Notes under the pieces: model-generated
The model's input: the letters and a program-made list of their open reading frames with translations, nothing else
Databases searched by the model: none
Told to the model about the DNA's origin: nothing
Shown here: positions 1 to 11,840 of the stretch, one piece after another
How the letters are laid out: each line of letters opens with the position of its first letter
How positions within the stretch are numbered: position 1 is the first letter of the stretch
Made by a program: the position numbers and the translations under genes
Assembly (NCBI GenBank): GCA_030704615.1
Contig: CM060732.1
Location: 48,980,001-49,044,000 of the forward strand
DNA length: 64,000 nucleotides
Direction: 5' to 3'
Origin: Takakia lepidozioides
Taxonomy: Eukaryota; Plantae; Bryophyta

Positions 1-125
1 ACACATTGCATTAAATTATTGTTTTTTATTGTTTTTTATTTTCGAAATTTGTACTTCTGCTCATGAAAACCGATTGTCTTACTACTCTGCTCATGCCGCT
101 CATGCTCATGAAATAGCAAACCTCC
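1..125. mobile_element. Terminus of a TIR DNA transposon extending left out of the window (same family as the terminus at ~1639)
   Basis: 104-125 GCTCATGAAATAGCAAACCTCC is the reverse complement of GGAGGTTTGCTATTTCATGAGC, which shares the 14-bp core GCTATTTCATGAGC with 1639-1662. Subterminal TCTGCTCATG repeats also match. Retrotransposon protease coding starts abruptly just after it. Confidence 0.6.
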
Positions 126-1638
126 AGATAGGGGGCTGCGGAGTAAATATCATGATAGACCAATTAAGAAAGAAGCTTGGTCTAAGTAACATGAAACCAG
201 CCCCATTTATAGTAACAATGGCAGATCAAAGGAGTGTACAGCCATTGGGATTAATAAGAGGAGTTAAGATACAGATATAGAAGATGATTTTTATGATCAC
301 AGTAACTGTGTTGAAGATGGATGAAGTCATGGAGGCTTACTCCTTATTATTGGGACGTCCGTGGCTGAAACAGGCCAGGGTATTCCATGACTGGAATCCT
401 CAGTTACTAATCGTGTATAATGGGATGCACGAGATACAAATTACCACAAAGAAATCTAGTAGATTACCTGCTACGAGAAGACCTCGAGGGGTCAGAGAGT
501 ATGACTGGAGAGGAGGATTGGATGAGGAGCAGGAAGCTACCCTGTTTGCTGCACACCCAGAGTGGGAGCAGGTTGCAGAGATGCGGCTAGAAAGCCTAAG
601 TTGTTTAAGAGGTATCTGCTGTGGTGTAGTGTCAGCAACACCAATTGAAGAGGAAGCCAGCAGTTACCCATCACATTTCTATGAAGAAAGAGAAGGAGAA
701 ATGGAAATTCTAGAGGAACCAGCCACTGTGAGTTTACAAGATGAAGTGGTGACTGGTTGGACAATCACAGCTGATGAGCAGGTGAGGGAAGTGAATGTGG
801 GAACTAAAGAGGAACCGAGGATGGTGAAGGTAGGAACTGATTTGGAGCCAAAATTCTTTGAAGAAGCTAAGAGCGCATTTACCACTGACTGCCATCCTCC
901 CTGACATCTTTATCCTCTTTCGTGATGCAGTAGGGAGGTATCAAATACAGAGATGTATTTGCTTAGAGCTATGAGGATCTAAAAGGGATACCACCTGAAA
1001 TCTGTCAGCATAAGATTGAACTGGAACTAGGGTCAGTACCAATCAAGCAGACAAGGTACAGAATGAATCCCAACTACGCACAGAAGGTTGGAGAAGAGAT
1101 CAAGAAGTTGGCTGAGGCTAAGTTTATATACCCAATAGAGTATACAACTTGGTTGTCACCCATTGTGATAGTTCCCAAGAAGAATGGTAAACTAAGAGTT
1201 TGTGTGAACTACAAGAAGCTGAATGCTTGTACGAAGAAAGATCCTTTCCCTTTGCCATTCACAGAAGCAGTATTAGACACTGTGGTAGGCCATGAGATGT
1301 ACTCATTCATGGATGGCTTCAGTGGTTATAATCAAGTGCAAGTGGCAGAAGAAGACCAAGGAAAGACAGCTTTCATCACAGACTGGGGTGCTTATGCATA
1401 CAAAGTCATGCCCTTTGGACTTTGTAATGCACCAACAACCTTTCAGAGAGTGATAAGTGAATCTTTTCATGAGTATCTGGATGATTTCATGCAGGTGTTC
1501 TTGGATGATTTCAGTGTGTACAGCTCTAAGAATGAGCACTTGCATAAATTGGAGTTATGTCTGGCCAGATGCAGGATGAGAGGTCTGGGCCTGAATCCAG
1601 AGAAATTTACTTTCTGTGTGAACTCAGGCGTGCTTCTG
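126..1638 (+). pseudogene. Ty3/gypsy LTR-retrotransposon pol fragment (aspartic protease + reverse transcriptase), decayed and truncated at both ends
   Basis: Protease-like GGCGVNIM...LLGRPWL and RT motifs KKNGKLRVCVNYKKLN, FMDGFSGYNQ, MPFGLCNAP, FLDDFSVY. In-frame stops are present. The RT ends at GVLLG where the next TIR begins. Confidence 0.9.
882..938. mobile_element. 57-bp TA-flanked micro-insertion (possible Tc1/mariner/Stowaway-type remnant)
   Basis: Removing 882-938 plus one TA restores GCA TTT ATC AAA TAC AGA GAT GTA TTT (AFIKYRDVF) in the retro ORF. The insert begins CC and ends AGGGAGG. Confidence 0.5.
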
Positions 1639-1845
1639 GGAGGGGGCTGCTATTTCATGAGCGGAAAAAAAAAAAGCATGAGCAGACCATTGTGAGTCCA
1701 CGGAAATAGGGTTAGGAGGCACGGAAATAGGGTCATGTGAAGTTGGAATGTGACCAGTGGACTTGAAATGCAACATTTTATTGCAAATTTTGTGGCAAGC
1801 CACGTCTATACAAGTGTGTTCTAACTGTCATAGCCGGAATGGGCA

Positions 1846-4800
1846 CTACTCTCCTACACCCTCCGAGGAACTTGCCCCACCTTCTTCCTCATCCCCCCCA
1901 TCCCCCTCATCCTCCGAGCTCTGTGATGCATCAGTTCCACTATGCCTCTCAAAAATCCCGTCCTCTCCTTGGGGGACTGTCCACCTCACCTCCTGGGAAT
2001 CTTCTGCGTCTTCTCCCCCACTTTCCTCAGCAGAATCCAAGACAAATCTACGAGCCCAACGGGCTCTAACAGCTGCTGCCTCCTCCCTCATCTTCATTTT
2101 CTTGAGGCTTGCCTTGTCTAAAATCTGCTGTACACGACTAGGTTCGGAACACCTCCTAATGGACACCGAAGCAAGCCGGGCAGCATAAGTAGGAAGGATG
2201 TACTCCCTTTCTGGACTAGGCATGAAATCCCCCCTGGAAAAAAAAAGCACGTTCCTCCTGCCCATGAACTCCGGTGTAGACGTCCCTCCGGCAGTACTTG
2301 GCATCCTACAGTAAGAACAAATCCACTTCAAGAATGTCAATACCAGCACAACCAGAAAGGGTTTTCAATAAAATAAGAGAGCGGAGGGAGGTGCCTCACG
2401 AAATCTGGAGGCAACTTACAATGCCACCACTCACTCGTAAACCGGGGGCTCCTCGGCCTCGATCCCAACTTCCTCCCCCTGCTCCTTCTCGGATTTTTCC
2501 TCATCCTACGAGGATGCCTCTTCCTCTTTCGGCAGACGTTCAGCCGCTGCAAGTTCCGAGTTGTGGAGGGCAGTATCTGGCTCGAAGGCGAACACATGCC
2601 TGTCGGACAACGTCCCTGCCCACATTGAAGCACCTTAGGAACAAAGCGGGCGGTTAATAGCTTGCGGCATGCAATTGCAATCGGGCCAGGGGACAAACTG
2701 ATCACGTGAAGGCTTACCCGTGCCGCATGTGAGGTCCAGAATCCGCCCTTGGACATCTGATCACGTCTCCATGAGGGTTTGGATGAAAGTAGGGCTCCGG
2801 GTCCGGCTGTACCGCCACGGTTTGCCTGTCTTTGTGTCCTTCGGCATACTGGAGTGGGGCACATAGTTGTAGAGGACATCGTAGGTTACAGGGTCCACAG
2901 CGGCATCAACAAGACGACCGTCGTTGCGGAATTTGAACGTAGACCCTCTCTTCACAAAGCAATATGCCTCAAACACCAATGTCTGCACATCCAACAAAGA
3001 AGGGATCAACTCCAGGGTCTACTTAACATACACCACAATATGAAGTGAATGCAATAGATTGATAACTTACACTTTGGCCCTCTGTTCGCAACCCCTGTGT
3101 ACTGATGCAGAACCATTTTCTGAGGAGGACCGGGGTGACACTTTTGGGTGTCCACCTTGCCACCGCATTCTCTGTGGTCTTCCCTCTCGTGGCAAGGACA
3201 ACCACACATCCACCGTCATCCAGAAGCATCCCTGCCAGCCCAAACCCGGCTTTCCAGTAGTCCTCAGTAAACCTGTTCCAGGTGGGCACACCATCCAGGC
3301 CCTCCAGCAGCTCCCCATCTGGAATGTCGAGGAGAATCATGTCGCAAGCTCTCTCCACCTCACCCCCCCCCCCCCCCCGAGTGCTCTTGCAATTCGTGCT
3401 CACAGCCGTGAAGAATTCCATCATGGCTTCAAAACCAGGGGTGTCTTTAGGCTCTGTACCGCTAGCCCTCTTCTTGGCTTTCCCCTTCTGCTCCGCCAGA
3501 GACTTGTTGTGTGCCACCTTCTTCGCCCTGGCAGCGAGAGCGTCAAGGAAGCTCTCATTGACGCATTGGATGATGGTTGGAGGTTCTAGCTTTGGCCTGT
3601 GCGTAAACGTCACCGCCGAATACCGCCGTGTAGGCTCGCCCTCAAATGCCAACTTCTTGGCAGAGCCAGTCCCACTCCGAACTGACTTGGGAACCCGAAC
3701 GACCGGTGACTGGGTAGGAGCAACAGCAGTTGCAGGACCTTGAACAAAGTCGTCGTCCGAGTCACTCTCTTGGGTCCCCTCCTGCGCCTGCTCCGATGCC
3801 CCGATGGTTTTCTTCTTTTTGGGTGTTACTGCACTCACCTGTCCTTGTCCTTTTCCTTTGGCCTTTACTCTTCTCATGCAATTTCTCCTGAATTCCTGCC
3901 TGAGCAAGCTCTGCCGCTTTCCTGGAGTTCGCAAGCGCTTTTGCCTCTTTTGCACCCAACGGAGGCAGCGGAGCCCGGTTTCGTCGGAATTCAGCATCCA
4001 GCTTCAATTGAAACTCGGATGGGTCGAGCGAGCCGGGCGGAAGGTCCACATACCAAGGGCAATCACGCAAATGTTCCAGATGCCACTCCTTCACAATATC
4101 GTCAGTGTACATGGAGTCAGCCCCAGGGTTCCTCCATGCCAGGAAGAATGGTGGCTCGAAAGACAGATGACCTTTCTCCAAAAGGAAGAACTTGCAGTAC
4201 CTGCATTCATGAAAAACACAATGAGGTCCCTGAAATGCATATTCGGCACCATTTTCCCAGGTTGGGGCGGATGTGAGTGGGCCTAGAAATGGAAAAATGG
4301 CGCCGAATTTCGGTTTTCGGTGACTGCCACCCTAGGGACTTAGCCATCTTGGGAGCCCTGAACTGGAAATTCGGCGCCATTTTTCCATTTCTAGGCCCGA
4401 AGATGGCTAAGTCCCAGAACCGCAATAGGGCCTAGAACTGGAAAAATGGCGCCGAATTTCCAGTTCAGGGCCAGCCACCCTAGGGACTTAGCCCGAAAAT
4501 GGCTAAGTCCCTGAACGGCAATAGGGCCTAGAACTGGAAAAATGGCGCCGAATTTCCAGTTCAGGGCCAGCCACCCTAGGGACTTAGCCCAAAAATGGCT
4601 AAGTCCCTGAACGGCAATAGGGCCTACAACTGGAAAATGGCGCCGAATTTCCAGTTCAGGGCCAGCCACCCTAGGGACTTAGCCCGAAAATGGCTAAGTC
4701 CCTGAACGGCAATAGGGCCTACAACTGGAAAATGGCGCCAAATTTCCACTTCAGGCCAGCCACCCTAGGGACTTAGCCCGAAAATGGCTGTCCCTGAACG

Positions 4801-7800
4801 GCAATAGGGCCTGGAACTGGAAAATGGCGCCGAATTTCCAGTTCCGGGCCAGCCAGTCTAGGGACTTAGCCCGAAAATGGCCAAGTCCCTGAACGGCAAT
4901 AGGGCCTAGAACTGGAAAATGGCGCCGAATTTCCAGTTCAGGGCCAGCCAGTCTAGGGACTTAGCCCGAAAATGGCCAAGTCCCTGAACGGCAATAGGGC
5001 CTAGAACTGGAAAATGGCGCCGAATTTCCAGTTCAGGGCCAGCCAGTCTAGGGACTTAGCCATTTTCGGAGCCCTGACTGGAAATTCGGCGCCATTTTCC
5101 CTAACACCACATGAGGCCTCTAACATCCTGAAATGCAAGGACTTGAAAGAAAGGCAGCGCGTATGTACCTGTACAGAAGGCGCATTGCTGCTTTGTCCGC
5201 GTTCGGCTGGTCGGTGAACTCGTGGCTCCGGCGAGCATCTGCTATCTCCCGAAAGAATAGGTTGGTTTTGTAGAGCAGAAAGTACCTCGTCACATAGTCA
5301 CGTAGGCTCTCTGCTGCAGGAGATATCTCCATCTTGAACTGATGTGCTTGTGTGTCCAGCTGCTCTGCGCATTCGTCGTCACCTGTGGAGATTCTCCATC
5401 AGATCGCTTTCCTGAAAAAATACAATGAATCCACCCCCTACTAGAGTAGAAGCCCCAAACGAAGCGTGGGGAAGTACCTGAAACCACCATGTCATGCGGT
5501 TCATCCACATGTCGAATGTGGGGTCAGAGAGTTTGTCCGGTTTGGGGAAGCTCCACATGTCCCTGGTACTTTGGGAACCATTCCAGATTTGGAGCCACCG
5601 GGTCTGTCCAACCACCCAGCATATTCGTAAGCGCCAAACACCACAAAAAGGAGTTGTTGCCACCACAATTTGGTTAAGAATGTATCACCTTTTCTGTTGC
5701 ATCCACACAGGATGTGGCTAGACGATGGAGCTTCTCCAATGTCATCGTGGGCTTCAGAGCGCGAGAGTAGTGCTTCCCCACCTCCACCAGAAAGTCGGCA
5801 CCAAGGGCGGGATCAGCTATGGCCACGTACTTTACCATCCGCGACTTGTACTTTATGCGGGCCCTCACCTCCGCAGCTTTGACATACGATTCGAGTGCCG
5901 GGAGGGTTGGATTCTTCTCCTCTGACTCCATGTAGAACCTCCGCGCATGTGCCAAATCCTGCTGTATTTTCGTCTGTCAAGAATGCGCACATAAGATTAG
6001 AGATCCTGCTCAACACAATTTCTTCTATTGGGGGAGGAGATTAGAAATCACGGTGAAGACCTTTTCTTCTATTGGGGGAGGAGAGACAGATTAGCTCAAC
6101 AAAACTGTCAGGAGCTTTACCCGAAATATGTAGTCCACCATGGCGTCGACGCTCAGCCTATACCAGGTTCTGTCTGCCTTTGCCTCCGACTTGCGCAGGA
6201 GGTCGGCACTGAGGGAATTGGCAAACTCTTGCACCCCCTGCTTCCCGACATCCTTCACTCGGAAGAGCATATGGGACAAGTTGGTGGCAATGAAGGCATT
6301 CTCAGTCACCCTGCAGTGCCACATTTCCATCAAACAATACTGAAATGGGAATTTTCATCATATATGAGGATTCGCAATGAAATGACTTCCAAATTCAAAG
6401 TCCAAAAGCGAGAGGCGTTGTAACTTACGAGTTGATGTCCGCCATTGCAGCTTTGAGAAGACTGCGATCTTTGGGCCCCGCAACCTTCAGCACAACACAA
6501 TCCACGGCGAAATGCCAATCGAGGTCGTTGGGGTGGGCTTGGGCAATGTGCTCCATCCATGCCAGGAGGCGATGATTGCCGTCCCACACGTAGAACATCT
6601 TACCGGACAAGTGCTGGAAAAGAGGATCACTAGCAATCGATCTCTCGAACTCCTCATTTCGCGTTTGCCAATGGGGACCCCATTTGTCCACCTCATCGGA
6701 AGTGTGGGCACGGGAAGCTCCGTGGTCGTTCTCAATGGAAACGTAAAACGCGGCAGACCCCATTCGATATCCATCCCGGAAAGAGAATTTCAGCTTGTCG
6801 ATATCGCCTGGGAGGGCAGGTCTCACCACCTGCAATGACACCAAGCGGCAAAGGGGAATTCGAAGCTTGGCCGGGTACACCATGCCCCCCAGCACCCTGC
6901 CAATGTTGCTGTGGGTTGCCTCCAACATCTTGGCAGCGGCCAACTTCATATCCGCCTCAGACATGACGTCTGCTGCAGAGGGGTTTTCCGGCAGCCCACC
7001 AGGACCGCCAAATCCAGCCTGTATGCTCCGGGTTTGGGGCCTGGGGATGTCCGGGAGGATGTCATCCTGGTCAGAAAGCTCCCTGTCGTCCTCCTCAACA
7101 GGGTCAGCCACCTGCGAAACCACCTCCAGCACTCTCCCCGTCTCTACTGCCCTCTCCCTGGCTTCACCTCGAACTTGCACAATCCGTGCTCTTTCTGGTG
7201 TTCTTTCCTCTCCTCCACTCTCCACCGTATGGGTAATTGCAGGGGCTGCTCTTGCCCGCGATGGTCTAACCGGTGTGTTACTGCCTCTCTGTGGTGTCTT
7301 GGAGGGATCCACCGTCTCTGTGCGTCCCTCGCTTACATTGGCATCTGTCATTTGGGCACCCCTGGCCTCTTCAGTGGCCTTTTCTCTTTCCTCCTGGCTA
7401 GCATTCTGTCTCGTCTGTTCTTTTGCCCTCTCACGGGCTTTCTGTTTCTTACTAGGGCTAGCAGCAGGGGAGCCCTCCAGGACGACCACCTTTGATTGAG
7501 GCGAACTGACACCCTCGCGCGCACTGCTCACTCCCCCCTCCGCAGCCCGTGACGGCTCTCTCGCCGGGGATTGCATGTGCTTAGCTTTCTTCTTTTTCTT
7601 TGCGTGGGCGGGCCCTACTGCATGTGCATCAACAACCATTGCCGGATCTGCTGTCCTCATGTCCTCACGCCCTTCACCTGCCATGCTGCCTGCACCAACC
7701 TCCCCAATGCCTATTCTGTCGTACTCTCGTTGCAAGTCCTCCCGTCCACCAACAAAAGGTTTAAGTTTGCCCTCTCGCCCCAAGTTGGGCGATTCAAACA

Positions 7801-7831
7801 TGCGATGAGTTGGAGCTGTCGATGATACCAC
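1846..7831 (-). pseudogene. Multi-exon ParB/Srx-like domain + beta-class DNA (N4C/N6A) methyltransferase-like fusion gene, disrupted
   Basis: FYVWDGNHRLLAW at ~6569-6583; CDMILLDIPDG at ~3314-3328; RSPTFIQTLMET*SDVQGRILDLTCGTG at ~2718-2800; spliced to GASMWAGTLSDRHVFAFEPD at ~2575-2633. GT-AG introns are at positions shared with the copy at 46487-51793. There is a premature TGA at 2761-2763 and frameshifts near 3870 and 5360. The 5' and 3' limits are approximate. Confidence 0.75.
4280..5100. repeat. Intronic tandem array, ~95-bp unit, 7-8 copies, each with two palindromes
   Basis: Unit starts at 4428, 4524, 4620, 4715, 4807, 4902 and 4997. Each contains GAACTGGAAAATGGCGCCGAATTTCCAGTTC and AGGGACTTAGCC-N6-GGCTAAGTCCCT. 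The array lies in the minus-strand intron 4201-5168. Confidence 0.95.
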
Positions 7832-8589
7832 CAGCGTGCCGGGCTCGTCGTCACTCTGTCATTCCCAAAAATCGTGAGAACCAACATCGGTGCAAAAACC
7901 AGCATCGCAACGAGCAGCGCAACCACCATAGCAACAATCGTGTAACAAAAATGAAAACATAACAAGTTTAGGAAGTATGGAGAGCCATGCAACAACAATG
8001 AAAACAAATGCAACCATTGCCTGAGAATGACATGCACAAGCAGCCTTCTTCAGAGCTGCCGGATTTGCACACGCATTGCAAACAATCTAAGGTTCACTCA
8101 ACTATCTAAGGTTCACTCATCCAGCGAAGCCAGGATGAAGATGCAAAAACAAAGCGAGGCAACAAAGCGAAAGCGAAAGCGAAAGCAAAAAAGAAATCGA
8201 ACAAAGCGAAAGCAGAAGTGGCTTGCCTGAGAGTACTCGGCTTCAGTTGGCGCGGGTTGTGAGCAAGACACTGGAATCTCCTGCTGGAGCTTCAGTTTGG
8301 CCATGCGAGAGATTGGCCGTCGTCCGTAGTACAGAGCTTTCAACTTCCGCCGCGGTCTGGATGTGAGGTCTCTCTCAGGAGAGCCACGCCCTTCAGGCGG
8401 CATAAGTCCCAGCCAAAATGGAAAAAGATCTCCGTTTTTGGGGTACATGCCTCGAATAGCATGTTAAGCCAAGATTAGCATCAGATTTAGGGTACGTATC
8501 CAGGAAGCCATGTGTCGCCAGCCCGAATGAAAACGGACGGCGGTGGACATTTATTGCCCAACTGCGCAATTAAATGTCGGATGAAGCCC

Positions 8590-10144
8590 TCCATGTCGGA
8601 TGAAAATCGAATGCCCGGAATTTCCAACGTAGAGGTAATTCGGAGCGCTGCACGATGGAAATCCGGCGCCGGATTTCCATCCTGCAGGTAATTCGGAGCG
8701 CAGCAGGATGGAAATTCAGCGCCGAATTTGCATCCTGCAAGGTAGGGCGGCGCGCCAAATTTCCCTCACGAAGGTAATTCAGAAGCGGATGGATGGAAAT
8801 CCACCGCCGGATTTCCATCCGCGCAGGTAGGGCGGCGCGCCAAATTTCCCTCACGCAGGTAATTCAGAAGCGGATGGATGGAAATCCGGCGCCAGATCCG
8901 CGCAGGTAGGGCGGCGCGCGAAATTTCCCTCAAGCAGGTAATTCGGAGGCGGATGGATGGAAATCCGGCGCCGGATTTCCATCCGCGCAGGTAGGGCGGC
9001 GCGCCAAATTTCCCTCACGCAGGTAATTCAGAAGCGGATGGATGGAAATCCGACGCCGGATTTCCATCCGCAAGGTTGGGCGGAGAGCGGATGGATGGAG
9101 ATCCGGCGCCGAATTTCCATCCAGCAGGTAAGTCGGATCGCTGGCGTATGGATATTCGGCGCCGAATTTCCATTCGCCAGGTATTTCGAAGCACTGAATT
9201 ACCTTCCTGCAGGTAATTCTGAGCGTGTCCGATTGATTTTTCGGAGAAAAACAAACCTAACTGTTTGTTTTGTGGCTGAAGTGCACTTGTAGACACGTTT
9301 TTCTTGGAATCCTTGACTGCTAGAGGCAAATCGGAACAGCCTCGGACGGAAATTCGGTGCCGTTTTTCCATTCTGGGAGGTTTCTGCGACCTCTTTTGAG
9401 AGGGCCCCGATGGAAATTCGGCACCGAATTTCCATCAGGGGGATGGTCTCTGTCGGAGAGGTGCCGGCCTCTCCGCCGCTCTGTTGGATATTCGGTGCCG
9501 AATTTCCGTCCGGGGGTTGAAATATGACGGCCATGTGCCGGCCTCTCCCCCCTCCCCGACTGCATTGGAACGGCCCCGGATGGAAATTCGGCGCCGTTTT
9601 TCCATCCGCGGAGGTTTTTATGTCGGCCAATTTTCGGCCTGACCCCCCGACACGACTTCCTTTGGGGGGGCCCGGATGGAAATTCGGCGCCGAATCTCCA
9701 TCCAGGGGATGCTCTCTGTCGAACACGTGCCGGCCTCTACGCCCGAGGCGACTTCATCCGGGCGTCCCCTGTTGGATATTCGGTGCCAAATTTCCGTCCG
9801 GGGGTTGAAATGTGACGGCCAGGTGCTAGCCTCTCCCCCCTCCCCGACTGCATCCGAACCGCCCCGGATGGAAATTCGGCGCCGTTTTTCCATCTGGGGA
9901 TGTTTTTATTGTGGCCAGTTTTCGGCCTGACCCCCGACACGACTTCCTTTGGGGGGGCCCGGATGGAAATTCGGCGCCGAATCTCCATCCAGGGGATATC
10001 TCTGTCGCACACGCGCCGGCCTCTGCGCCCGAGGCGACTTCATCCGGGCTTCCCCTGTTGTATATTCGGTGCCGAATTTCCGTCCGGGGGTTGTAATGTG
10101 AGGGCGAGATGGCGGCCTTTCCCCCGAGCCGACTGCATCCGAAA
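8590..10144. repeat. Array of roughly 20 palindromes ATGGAAATYCGGCGCCGRATTTCCAT in short and long higher-order tandem units, upstream of the element A gene
   Basis: Copies are directly visible, e.g. near 8655, 8957, 9042, 9095, 9410, 9580, 9675, 9868 and 9962. They share the core with the intronic array. Confidence 0.92.
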
Positions 10145-10644
10145 NNNNNNNNNNNNNNNNNNNNNNNNNNNNNNNNNNNNNNNNNNNNNNNNNNNNNNNN
10201 NNNNNNNNNNNNNNNNNNNNNNNNNNNNNNNNNNNNNNNNNNNNNNNNNNNNNNNNNNNNNNNNNNNNNNNNNNNNNNNNNNNNNNNNNNNNNNNNNNNN
10301 NNNNNNNNNNNNNNNNNNNNNNNNNNNNNNNNNNNNNNNNNNNNNNNNNNNNNNNNNNNNNNNNNNNNNNNNNNNNNNNNNNNNNNNNNNNNNNNNNNNN
10401 NNNNNNNNNNNNNNNNNNNNNNNNNNNNNNNNNNNNNNNNNNNNNNNNNNNNNNNNNNNNNNNNNNNNNNNNNNNNNNNNNNNNNNNNNNNNNNNNNNNN
10501 NNNNNNNNNNNNNNNNNNNNNNNNNNNNNNNNNNNNNNNNNNNNNNNNNNNNNNNNNNNNNNNNNNNNNNNNNNNNNNNNNNNNNNNNNNNNNNNNNNNN
10601 NNNNNNNNNNNNNNNNNNNNNNNNNNNNNNNNNNNNNNNNNNNN
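10145..10644. other. Assembly gap (500 N)
   Basis: Run of N. Confidence 1.
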
Positions 10645-11840
10645 TGTGCGGCCTTTTGCCACTCTCTGGGCATCTCTCTTGACATGGGGTCCTCCACATG
10701 TCCAACTTATCACCCCTGGTTGCTGTTGGCCTGCAAAAGATGCCACGGGCCTTTGCACCTGAGGTCCCCTGTAAGCTCCATGGAACTTGGGTTGGGAAAC
10801 CTTGCCCCCCTGACCACGCTGTTGGCTGGCAGCTGCGCCTCGTGCAGGCATGTCCTTGCCAAATCCAATGGTAACAACTCGCTCCTACACCATGTTGAGC
10901 TCAATCCGCTCAGCCAGCAGAAACACATCTGCTAATGTGGGTTGGGCTGCTTGTAACAAGGTTGCATCTCGCACCCTTCTCTTGAGCTCCTTGTCTAGAA
11001 TTCCATACCAAAACTGGATTGCCTGAGCTTCAGTAACCCCTTGGGTCACACTTATCAGCGCCTCATACGAGGTGTACGCCTCTCGCAGGCTCTCACTGGG
11101 TTTGCGCTGGAAGTCTTGCAATCTTCGCAGCTTCTCTGTCCGTACACCTTGGTAGTTCCTCCGCAACTCCTGGAAGAACTCCACCACCGGGTTGAATCTA
11201 GGCACATGTATTGTAGTCGTGGCAGGAGGAGTAGTAGCACCTTTTGAACTGGTACCACCTACAGAAGTACCGACACTACTTGTTCCACTACTAGTGCTGG
11301 CAGTGGGAGATATTGGTACTGATGCAGTACTGGTCGCGTCGTGCCTCGAGTAATGGAGACGTAGTCAGGTGACCAATACATCCTCCACTCCTCAATCTCT
11401 GCTTCATGTCCTCGCCTGAACTCGTGGTAATCGTCCATAGGCGGGCTTTCCAAATGCTGGAACAGTCCCTTCCACGCTATGAATGGAATGAATAGCTGTG
11501 GATTGCGCATCTGCTGCAAATCACACCAGCTGTCAAACTCCTGGATAAAGTCATCCAACTCGATTGTGCCCATAGCTCCAGAGTACCTACGAGGCCCCTT
11601 GGTAGCTCCATACATCTTCTCCATGTCGTCCCACAACAATGGCGAATGAAACTGCACACCTGTTGATGAAGCCTCCGAGTCTGTGTTTGACTCTGCACTA
11701 GTTAAGGGTGGAGGTGAAGGTGGTCTGAAACGAACACCTCGTCTGGTGAACCCACTCTCACTGCTACTGCCTGTAGCCGTACTCCCCTCAAAATCCCTGG
11801 GTAACTCCGTGATGACACTCACAATGTGCACCTCCCCCAC
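10645..11840 (-). pseudogene. LTR-retrotransposon gag-like region, frameshifted
   Basis: ELDDFIQEFDSWCD, KLRRLQDFQRKPSESLREAY and QFWYGILDKELKRRVR are retrotransposon gag-like. A degenerate zinc knuckle (WTCGGPHVKRD) lies next to the gap. The sequence is split over several frames. Confidence 0.75.

Larger units (their letters stand above)
1639..10144. mobile_element. Large TIR DNA transposon (element A) carrying a ParB-methyltransferase-like gene; right part lost in or beyond the assembly gap
   Basis: Left TIR GGAGGGGGCTGCTATTTCATGAGC interrupts the RT. The cargo gene is homologous to the one in the MULE at 41475-52827. Palindrome arrays run up to the gap. No transposase or right TIR is visible. 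Confidence 0.6.

Noticed and set aside
130-1650. AGGGGGCTGC at both 130-139 and 1641-1650 as a target-site duplication
   Set aside because: The first copy is protease coding (GGC) and the second is part of the TIR. The geometry does not fit a TSD.
1846-7831. Bacterial or phage contamination as the source of the ParB-MTase genes
   Set aside because: Both copies have multiple GT-AG introns at shared positions, and copy B lies within a TSD-flanked plant transposon contiguous with plant genes.
8570-10851. ORFs of the MEIRRRISI / WKFGAEF type and ORFs crossing the N gap
   Set aside because: These are translations of the palindromic repeat or artefacts of N runs.
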